64,000 nt of DNA from Candidatus Saccharicenans sp. (GTDB taxonomy: Bacteria; Acidobacteriota; Aminicenantia; Aminicenantales; Saccharicenantaceae). The notes below the pieces were generated by a model. It ran no database searches. It was given only the letters and a program-made list of their open reading frames with translations, and was not told the DNA's origin. How positions within the stretch are numbered: the stretch's first letter is position 1; each line of letters starts with the position of its first letter. The position numbers and the translations under genes were made by a program. Where the stretch lies: the NCBI GenBank assembly GCA_024653215.1, contig JANLFU010000004.1:29574-93573 (forward strand). The letters run 5' to 3'. Below are positions 56,730 to 64,000 of this stretch, in pieces.

Positions 56730-57488
56730 ATGAAGATTGATGGCGATGGAGTGAAAAATCTGGAACAAATGAAAATGACAGCGAAAGCTAAACCTAGTAT
56801 TATCAACAGGATGGCTGCGTTTTTGCTTCTGCTGGCCTTCATCTTGCTAGGAGCCGTCACCCTATCCTCGGGTATCGGCAAGGTGCAGAGCGAGGAAACG
56901 GCCCTTGACCGGCGGGTAAAAAAATTCCTGGAAAGCCGGCGTTATACCTGGCACGACATGAATGTCCCGGAAAGCGACGGGCAGATCCTTTATGACCTGG
57001 TTATCAAGCATGGCTACAGGCGGGCACTGGAAATCGGCACCTCAACCGGCCATTCGGGCATCTGGATTGCCTGGGCCCTGAGCAAGACCGGCGGTCGGCT
57101 GGTGACCATAGAAATTGACGAGGACCGCTACCGCCAGGCGCTGGCCAACTTCAAGGAAGCCGGCCTGGACCACCTGATTGAAGCCAGGCTGGGTGATGCC
57201 CATGAAATTGTGCCGGCTCTACCCGGGCCCTTTGATTTTGTTTTCTGCGATGCCGACAAGGAATGGTACAGGAATTACCTGGAGGCGGTGCTGCCCAGGC
57301 TCGAAGCGGGTGGCTGTTTTGCCGCCCACAATGTCGGGCAGGGCCGGGGCAGCCGCTGGCTTCAGCCCGGCATCAGGGAGTTTCTGGATTACGCTTACTC
57401 TCATCCCGAACTGGAGACTATTATTGACTCCCGGAGCCGGTCGGGAATCTCATTGAGCTTTAAGAAAAAAGGCTCTTCAGGGCTTTAA
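56730..57488 (+). CDS. Class I SAM-dependent O-methyltransferase (family 3, caffeoyl-CoA OMT-like) with N-terminal signal/TM
   Basis: …ALEIGTSTGHSGIWIAWAL…GRLVTIEIDED…FDFVFCDADKEWY… is the OMT family 3 pattern. Start uncertain (alternative Met at 56772). Confidence 0.65.
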   Translation: MKIDGDGVKNLEQMKMTAKAKPSIINRMAAFLLLLAFILLGAVTLSSGIGKVQSEETALDRRVKKFLESRRYTWHDMNVPESDGQILYDLVIKHGYRRALEIGTSTGHSGIWIAWALSKTGGRLVTIEIDEDRYRQALANFKEAGLDHLIEARLGDAHEIVPALPGPFDFVFCDADKEWYRNYLEAVLPRLEAGGCFAAHNVGQGRGSRWLQPGIREFLDYAYSHPELETIIDSRSRSGISLSFKKKGSSGL

Positions 57489-57575
57489 ACCTGCTTGATA
57501 AGACTCAACACCGGCTCATAAAATCCAGGAGACTAAAAATCCTCAGGACTATTAAACCCCTGAGTTTTAAAGCTA

Positions 57576-58463
57576 TCAGCGCTCTATCGGGGTGGCTGTC
57601 CCAGGACGGCGGGTTGCTTTCCAGGTCTGCCGGGCATTCTTTTTGCCCTGGACCAGGGTGGCCGTGCCGTTCAGCTGATCGCCTTCGGCCTGGCCGTTGA
57701 AGACAAGCTCGGTGTCGGCCGTGCCGGGCAGAATTACCGAAAATTCCACCTTCGGCCCTTCTACCTTGGTTTCGGGAATGTGAAGGACCTGTTCTCCCAG
57801 GTAGAGCTTTCCCGAGAAGTACTGGTAGGCCTGGTTTACTTCCAGGCGGCAGTCCGTTTTCTTCTGGTTCAGGTTCAGACTCCAGTCCCAGGTGCCGGAA
57901 ATGTTGGCCGGGACAATCCACAGGAAAACGGTATGGACGTAAAGGTCTATGGGCACGTAGGTCATGCGGTCGGCCTGCCACTCGTCCATGTCAAACTGGT
58001 GGGAGATGATCCGGGTTCCGGGCTTGAGGTTAAGGATGGTGGGCCGCAGGCGGATGTTGACGTCAGGAAGGAGATACATGGTGACGACGGTGGCCTCGCT
58101 GAAGTCGGCCTCGAAGATATTGGCCCTGCGGAATTCCACCAGGTTCTCCACGCCGGCTATCCTGGCGTTCTCCCGGCTTTCGCGGATTCTTTCCGGGTCG
58201 ATGTCAATCCCCACGGCCCTGATTCCAGCCCGGCGGGCAGCCTCGATGACAATACGCCCGTCGCCGCAGCCCAGGTCGTAGAGAATGTCACCTTTCTTGA
58301 GCTCGGCAAACCTCAGCATGTCTTCAATGACCTCGTAGGGTGTTGGAACGAAGGGCACGTCCAGGCGGACCTCCTGGGCCAGTAGGCCCTGGCCGGGAGG
58401 CAAACTGGATGAAATCAATATGAAGCAAAACAATACCAGAACTATCTTTCTTGTTTTCCCCAT
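57576..58463 (-). CDS. Secreted class I SAM-dependent methyltransferase
   Basis: Signal peptide (IVLVLFCFILISSSL). Motif I ILYDLGCGDGRIVIEAA. Confidence 0.6.
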   Translation of the reverse strand: MGKTRKIVLVLFCFILISSSLPPGQGLLAQEVRLDVPFVPTPYEVIEDMLRFAELKKGDILYDLGCGDGRIVIEAARRAGIRAVGIDIDPERIRESRENARIAGVENLVEFRRANIFEADFSEATVVTMYLLPDVNIRLRPTILNLKPGTRIISHQFDMDEWQADRMTYVPIDLYVHTVFLWIVPANISGTWDWSLNLNQKKTDCRLEVNQAYQYFSGKLYLGEQVLHIPETKVEGPKVEFSVILPGTADTELVFNGQAEGDQLNGTATLVQGKKNARQTWKATRRPGTATPIER

Positions 58464-58715
58464 GGTATCTCCTTCGGAGGACTTTGCGACCCGAGGTCAT
58501 TTATTCAAGTACCACAAAAGCCCGTTTCCTGTCAAAAGTATCAATCTTAAAAGAGACGTATCAAGCTTCTGATTTTTCTTCGCCACGCTCCAGGCAGGAG
58601 AGCCGGATATCGCCTGGCCAGGGTGTGGCCTGCGGGCGGGGCCACGCAAAAAAATCCTTGACCACCCGCCGCCCATAAAGTAGATTTTGCTCATCTGAAA
58701 AAAGGCAGGCTGAAG

Positions 58716-60083
58716 ATGGATGTTGCCGGCAGGAATGAACCGGAACTGAAGAAGACCCTGGGGCCGGTGTCGCTCAGTAACATCGTGGTGGCCAACATGA
58801 TCGGGGCCGGAATTTTCACCACTTCCGGGCTGCTGCTTCGCGACCTGGGCCATCCGCTGTTGATGCTGGCGCTCTGGGTGATGGGGGGACTCATTGCCCT
58901 GTGCGGGGCCCTGAGCTACGGCGAGCTGGGGGCGGCCTTTCCCCGGGCCGGGGGAGAGTATTATTTTCTGTCGCGTCTCTTCCATCCACTGGCCGGGTTC
59001 CTGAGCGGCTGGGTTTCCTTCTTCGTGGGCTTTTCGGCGCCGATTGCCGCCTCGGCCGTGGGTTTCAGCGAATACCTGGCCAGGGCTTTCCCGGTTCTGG
59101 ATGAGCCCCTGAAACTGGGGGTGACTGTCTTGCCAGTGGTCACCAAGAAAGCCATAGCCATCCTGGTGATTCTCGCCTTCACCCTGGTTCACGTCCAGGG
59201 ATTGAAGCCCGGGGCCCGGGTCCAGAATGTTCTGACCACTGGCAAGGTCGGACTGATTCTCTTCCTGGTGGCCATCGGTTTTGCCAGCAGCCGGGGGAGC
59301 TGGAGTCATTTCACGAGCGGCGACTGGCTTCCGGCCGATTTTTCCTCGCTAAAGGTAATTGGCCTGTCGCTGATGTGGATTATGTTCGCCTACAGCGGCT
59401 GGAACGCCTCGGCCTACCTGGGGTCGGAGATAAAAAATCCACGCCGGGACCTGCCGCTGTCGCTGCTCCTGGGCACGGGAGTGGTCATCCTGCTGTACCT
59501 GGGACTGAACCTGCTGTATGTCTATGCCGTTCCACCGGCGGAGATGAAGGGCGTGATTTCGGTGGGCGGGCTGGCCGCTGGTAAGCTCCTGGGGGCTGGC
59601 TGGGAAAAGTTTCTGTCCATAATGATTGCCTTTGCCCTTTTCTCCTCGTTGAGCGCTTTTATCATCATTGGCCCGAGGGTCTATTACGCCATGGCCTCGG
59701 ACCGACTATTTTTTCCGTTCGCGTCCCGGGTTCACCCGGTCAGCCGGGTGCCGGCCCTGTCCATCTGGCTTCAGGGGGCGATTGCCGCGGCTATCGTCGT
59801 TTCCGGGACTTTTGAGCATATCCTGACTTACATGGGCTTTTCGTTGGGAATTTTCCCCATCCTGGCCGTGGTGGGAGTTTTCAAGCTGAGAAAAAATCAT
59901 CCGGATAACCTTAAGCTACCGGGCTTTCCGCTGGTCCAGGTGGTCTATTTGCTGGCCGGGGTAAGTATCCTGGTGCTGGGGTTGCTGCAGAGCCCCGGGC
60001 CGTCGGGCGTGGCCATTCTGACCGTCCTGGCCGGGCTCCCGGCCTATTACTTTTTCAGAAATAAATACAATAAGGGGCGGTAG
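58716..60083 (+). CDS. Amino-acid permease (APC superfamily)
   Basis: 455 aa, 12 TM. N-terminal …SLSNIVVANMIGAGIFTTSG… is the APC consensus. Confidence 0.75.
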   Translation: MDVAGRNEPELKKTLGPVSLSNIVVANMIGAGIFTTSGLLLRDLGHPLLMLALWVMGGLIALCGALSYGELGAAFPRAGGEYYFLSRLFHPLAGFLSGWVSFFVGFSAPIAASAVGFSEYLARAFPVLDEPLKLGVTVLPVVTKKAIAILVILAFTLVHVQGLKPGARVQNVLTTGKVGLILFLVAIGFASSRGSWSHFTSGDWLPADFSSLKVIGLSLMWIMFAYSGWNASAYLGSEIKNPRRDLPLSLLLGTGVVILLYLGLNLLYVYAVPPAEMKGVISVGGLAAGKLLGAGWEKFLSIMIAFALFSSLSAFIIIGPRVYYAMASDRLFFPFASRVHPVSRVPALSIWLQGAIAAAIVVSGTFEHILTYMGFSLGIFPILAVVGVFKLRKNHPDNLKLPGFPLVQVVYLLAGVSILVLGLLQSPGPSGVAILTVLAGLPAYYFFRNKYNKGR

Positions 60084-60495
60084 AGGCTTTTTTCGGTCCG
60101 GAGTAATTCGAGGCAGAGTCTCCACATCTGAAAAGTCGGCGGCCAGGTCCATGATCAAAAAGTTTAGTCCCCTGACATATGAATAACCATTCATATGTTA
60201 GGGTTTTCCGCCGGCAGCCGGAGGCTGGTTGTCGGGCCCCGGTTATAACCGCAGCAGAGCAAAAATGACTTCTTGACAACTTCCTGATGCTCGCTTTCAT
60301 CCCCGGGCGGGAAGACCTTGAACACAGGGAGCTTTATCATGTGAAGAATTGGGGCGTAGAAGAATCAATACCCGCGGGCTGGAGTAAGGCAGCTTGGGGC
60401 TCTAAGAAAATATGAAAAATTAAAAATGTAAGAGAGGGTCCTGCGCTTAAGGATCCTGGCAGGATGCCTGAAAATGAATCGGGTCCGGCGGCGGC

Positions 60496-60900
60496 TCAGT
60501 AGGTTACAATTCTCGGGAGCTTTTTCGCCCTTTCTATCCAGTAACGCACCATCTTGAGGGCCGGAACACGGCGCACCAGCTTTTTCTCCTCGTTGATTTC
60601 CAGGAGTTTCTGGTGGAGGTTCTGGGCATTTCTCTGGGCCAGCTCCACCACGGTGTCCACCCCGGCCATTTCCAGCAGGTCGCTGTACTCTTCTCCTATG
60701 CCGCGAATCCGCATCAGGTCAGCCCGGTTAACCCACTTCAGGATCTGGGCTTCGCTGAGGCCGGTCTTCTCGGCCAGTTCCTTGCGGCCGGCTGGAGTGG
60801 CTCCCGCCCTGAGCAGTTGCTTGACATTGTAAACCCCGGCTTCTTTCAGCTTTTCCATAAAAACATCGCCGATTCCTTCAATGGCCTTAAGCAAAGTCAT
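60496..60900 (-). CDS. DUF4332 domain protein (tandem helix-hairpin-helix)
   Basis: LKAIEGIGDVFMEKLKEAGVYNVKQLL and RIRGIGEEYSDLLEMAGVDTVVELA repeats. AGGAG RBS before the ATG at 60900 (track ORF starts 60933). Confidence 0.5.
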   Translation of the reverse strand: MTLLKAIEGIGDVFMEKLKEAGVYNVKQLLRAGATPAGRKELAEKTGLSEAQILKWVNRADLMRIRGIGEEYSDLLEMAGVDTVVELAQRNAQNLHQKLLEINEEKKLVRRVPALKMVRYWIERAKKLPRIVTY

Positions 60901-61208
60901 GGGCATACTCCTTAGTTGGATTTTGCTGAGCATGAATATTTTATAAAAATTCCTTTAGAAAATTCAAATTTTTTATCTTAAAAATTTTGGGCTGAGCTTC
61001 AGTTCCCGGAACCCCTGGCCTGTCCTCCGGGAAATAAAATCCAGTGGCCCAACCGGCTGTAAAATCGGAACTAAATAGGAATGGAACTCCAGGCCCCCCG
61101 TTAGAGAAGTAAGCTTGAATGCCTGATTTTGGGAGTGGGGGAATGGAAGCTGGAAACAGGTAAACAGGGAAAGAAGCTTGTTTTCATTCGGATGGGGCTC
61201 AAAAGGTA

Positions 61209-62144
61209 TCAGGCCGGTTCAAAGTAATCACGGTCAAGATGCCTGACCATCCTGACCCTTTTTTGTTCCATGAGGCGCTGGAGATGAAGGCTCAGCTCTT
61301 CCCTGGTAAGCCCCAGGGAGTGCTCCAGGTCTTCCAGGCTAACCGGGCGCCGGCGGACGATGGATAGTATGGCCTGGACTATGTTCTCCGGGACCTTCTC
61401 CTGCTCTTTCTTCCTGAAGCTGGCCACCACCTCCGCCTTCTCTCCAAAAAACTCCTTGATCTTCTCCATCTCTTCAGGCGAAAGGGGGCGGGACTGGCTT
61501 TCGGCCGGGGGCCTGACCACTGTGTTGAGGTGAATCTTATCGGGCTTTATTTTCTCAACCGCGGCTTTGAGCTTCTTAAGATGGGCGGGGGAGTCGTTGA
61601 TTCCTTTAACCAGCAGAATTTCCAGCCAGATCTTTCCCTTGAATTGCCGGCGAAATTTAACCAGACCTTCGATAATTTTTTCGGCCCGGAGCGAGGGATG
61701 CGGCCTGTTAACTTTTTCAAAGACTTCCTGGCTGGCGGCGTCGAGCGAGGGCACAACCACGTCGGCCGCGGCCAGTTCTTTTCTTACTTCCGGGCGGGAA
61801 AGAAGGGTGCTGTTGGTAAGAACGGCCACCGGAACACCGGACATCTTTTTGATTTTTCTGATCAGCCAGCCGATCGATTTATTCAGGGTTGGTTCGCCAG
61901 AGCCAGAGAAGGTGATGAAATCAACCCGGGCTCCACTCTTTAAAAATTCTTGCACTTCTTGCAGGATTTGTTTGGCTGAAAAGAATTGACCGCGCCTGAT
62001 GGTGGTTTTCCTGGTACGTCCCAGCTGGCAATAAACACAGCTCAGGCTGCAGGTTTTGAAGGGTAGGAGGTCAACCCCGAGCGAATACCCCAGGCGCCTC
62101 GACGGCACCGGCCCATACAGGTGGGGGAATCTCTTGTCGTTCAT
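61209..62144 (-). CDS. Radical SAM protein
   Basis: N-terminal GPVPSRRLGYSLGVDLLPFKTCSLSCVYCQ carries the CxxxCxxC cluster. 311 aa with a C-terminal winged-helix-like tail. Confidence 0.7.
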   Translation of the reverse strand: MNDKRFPHLYGPVPSRRLGYSLGVDLLPFKTCSLSCVYCQLGRTRKTTIRRGQFFSAKQILQEVQEFLKSGARVDFITFSGSGEPTLNKSIGWLIRKIKKMSGVPVAVLTNSTLLSRPEVRKELAAADVVVPSLDAASQEVFEKVNRPHPSLRAEKIIEGLVKFRRQFKGKIWLEILLVKGINDSPAHLKKLKAAVEKIKPDKIHLNTVVRPPAESQSRPLSPEEMEKIKEFFGEKAEVVASFRKKEQEKVPENIVQAILSIVRRRPVSLEDLEHSLGLTREELSLHLQRLMEQKRVRMVRHLDRDYFEPA

Positions 62145-62159
62145 ATCTTTTCCCAGCTA

Positions 62160-62546
62160 TTATATAACTTCTTCGACCTGCCAGTCTTCGTTTACCCAGA
62201 GCAGGTGAACCTTGAGTCCCGGAAAGTTTTCCCTGATTTTCTCGGCGGCCAGGTACAGCTGACTGAGCTGTTCTTCTTTTGGCAGGGGATTACCGGCGCA
62301 GTCGTGGTGGGCGACGATGGCCACGGCCGGGGAGCGGTGCTTTTCGGTCGAGACGGCCAGGCAGCGCTTGATTGAGTTCATCATGAACTCCGGCTCTCCG
62401 GCGGCCAGGATTTTTACCGGACCGGGGGCGGTGATGACGTCAACGTAGTCGGCCCGGTAGAGATTCTTAAGCCAGCGGTTGACACAGTCCTGTACCCTTC
62501 CGTCCATGCAGTTGATGGCGGTGACAAATCTTTTCTCGGACAGCAT
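62160..62546 (-). CDS. Small protein with beta-carbonic-anhydrase-like Cys/His motifs
   Basis: INCMDGRV (CxDxR) and HHDCAG (HxxC.G) resemble the zinc-site motifs of beta-class carbonic anhydrases. Assignment is by motif only. Confidence 0.3.
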   Translation of the reverse strand: MLSEKRFVTAINCMDGRVQDCVNRWLKNLYRADYVDVITAPGPVKILAAGEPEFMMNSIKRCLAVSTEKHRSPAVAIVAHHDCAGNPLPKEEQLSQLYLAAEKIRENFPGLKVHLLWVNEDWQVEEVI

Positions 62547-62779
62547 GTTTATCCAGCCTTCCTATGAACATCCTAATTTAATTTATTAAAAATCGTATCT
62601 GAAGCCTACCGGCCCGCTCAGGATGAACGAATATATATCACGGTGCCCCTGCGGTCAATTTATTTGTGGAGGCAGTGCTGTCTCCGGCCGGAAGATCCCT
62701 GCTGCTTCCTTCCAATTTGTTTCAAGAGCAAACTTCTGCCCGGCTTCAGGCCGGTTAACCGGATGAATAACCGGAATTC

Positions 62780-64000
62780 TCAGAAGCCCACCCTGACTCC
62801 CAGCGACCATTCGGCCGTTGGAGCCGGCTGGTAGGAGTTCCCATCCGGGTCTGGCTCGGTGAACCCGTAATACAGAACATTGAAGATGTTTCTCCCGGCC
62901 AGCCTGATTTCGAAGGGAGTCCCTCCGAATTCAAACCGGTATGAGGCCCGAACATGAACCAGGGTGTACGGGTCGGTCTTTCCGTAACCGTTTTCCAGAA
63001 TCCGGTTGGTCGAATCTATGTACCAGGAACTGACATGCTCCAGGGCCGCTCCCAGGCTGAGCCTTCTGGTCAGTCTGTATTCGCCATCTATGTAGAGTTG
63101 ATGCTGCGGGATGTTGGGCACCCAGGTTCCACTCAGGGTCTCGCCGGCGAGCGTGTCAACGGTCCGGTACTTAAAATGATAATAGGTATAGGCTGCCTGG
63201 ATGGTCAGGTTTTCAACCGGCACCCAGGCCAGCGAGCTTTCCAGGCCATATCTTCTGGTCGAACCGACATTTCCATAGAAAGTTTCCAGCGGCCGGTCAG
63301 GCCTGCGGTATCGTCCGAAGTCATTCCTGGTGTTAAGGTGGAAGATGGCCAAATCATAGCTAATTTTCTGACCGATGGTTCCCTTGGCGCCGATCTCTTC
63401 GCCGCTTGAAGTGGCGGGCACCAGTTGAGTGTTATAGCCGCCATAGGCATAGGGGTTATTAACCAACTCCTCGGTTCCCGGGGGCAGGAATCCCGTTCCC
63501 CAGCTGGCATAGAGTCCGAAGTTGCTTAAAGGATTCCAGGTCAAGCCGAGCCTGCCCGTAACTCTCTGGAAGGAGACCTGGCCTGACAGGTCAACCCCAC
63601 CGGCCTGGAGATGGTCTTCAAGCCGGTTGCTGAGGCGGTCAAACCGCACTATTCCCGACACTCCCCAGAATGGCCCCAGCTCCACTCTGTCCAACAAGAA
63701 TATTCCTATGGCGTTCTGGTACATATTCTGGTCGGACAGAAACTCCGGTCCTTCCACCGCCTCGCCCAGGTTGGGGTGTTTGAATTCATCAATGGCCTGG
63801 TGGGCATAGTCCAGGCCCAGGCTGAAATAATTCCTGAATTTTCCCTGCCCGGCCCGATGGTTTAGCTGCAAAGTCAAGCCGGGAGTATCAAGCCCGCGAT
63901 GGATGACTGATGAGGGAACCGCTTCCTTATACTGGGTCCGGCGGTAATAAGCTGAAGCGTAGAAGTCCAGGCTATCGGAGAATTTCACGCTAGTGGTGAC
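62780..64000 (-). CDS. TonB-dependent receptor, C-terminal barrel portion. The N-terminus lies beyond the window end.
   Basis: Barrel-strand periodicity. C-terminal …LGVRVGF with terminal Phe. ORF still open at position 64000. Confidence 0.65.
   Translation of the reverse strand, partial: VTTSVKFSDSLDFYASAYYRRTQYKEAVPSSVIHRGLDTPGLTLQLNHRAGQGKFRNYFSLGLDYAHQAIDEFKHPNLGEAVEGPEFLSDQNMYQNAIGIFLLDRVELGPFWGVSGIVRFDRLSNRLEDHLQAGGVDLSGQVSFQRVTGRLGLTWNPLSNFGLYASWGTGFLPPGTEELVNNPYAYGGYNTQLVPATSSGEEIGAKGTIGQKISYDLAIFHLNTRNDFGRYRRPDRPLETFYGNVGSTRRYGLESSLAWVPVENLTIQAAYTYYHFKYRTVDTLAGETLSGTWVPNIPQHQLYIDGEYRLTRRLSLGAALEHVSSWYIDSTNRILENGYGKTDPYTLVHVRASYRFEFGGTPFEIRLAGRNIFNVLYYGFTEPDPDGNSYQPAPTAEWSLGVRVGF

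Noticed and set aside
56513-56881. 122-aa minus-strand ORF overlapping the start of the O-methyltransferase gene
   Set aside because: Hydrophobic low-complexity translation, no RBS, overlaps a well-supported gene. Probably spurious.

Overview
This is a high-GC bacterial chromosomal window, mostly housekeeping and metabolic genes. It contains two AT-rich accessory islands. Coordinates are 1-based on the + strand.

Core genes include a POT-family peptide transporter, a hybrid histidine kinase with an Hpt protein, ogt, a fatty-acid CoA ligase, radC, fhs, recA, mgsA, uvrA and mntP. Further along are an acpS / acyl-CoA synthetase / ACP / kbl-like cluster, a Pat-like protein acetyltransferase, a btuB-like TonB-dependent receptor preceded by a cobalamin riboswitch, an aromatic amino-acid decarboxylase, ilvE and a radical SAM gene.

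Island 1 spans about 28.3-38.7 kb. It is an array of six orphan RHS C-terminal toxin plus immunity cassettes and one RHS stub. Each toxin ORF begins with a near-identical GC-rich RHS core-tip repeat and ends in a different AT-rich toxin domain. There is no full-length rhs gene, PAAR, VgrG or T6SS gene in the window. The toxin domains read as an M15/LAS-peptidase-like domain, two diverged HExxH domains, two diverged YkuD-like H-x9-T-x-G-C domains and one membrane-associated unknown. The predicted location of each downstream immunity protein matches the predicted target compartment of its toxin. Two palindromic 28-nt elements bound the island on the left. An AbiEi/AbiEii module with a promoter and a perfect operator sits on the right.

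Island 2 spans about 46.9-51.2 kb. It is an AT-rich operon encoding a CxxC redoxin lipoprotein, two paralogous NHL/6-bladed-propeller-like proteins and a secreted 92-aa peptide with 8 cysteines. An ~820-bp AT-rich noncoding leader lies upstream. I consider this the best candidate for an undescribed system in the window.

No rRNA, tRNA, CRISPR, integrase or transposase was recognised.
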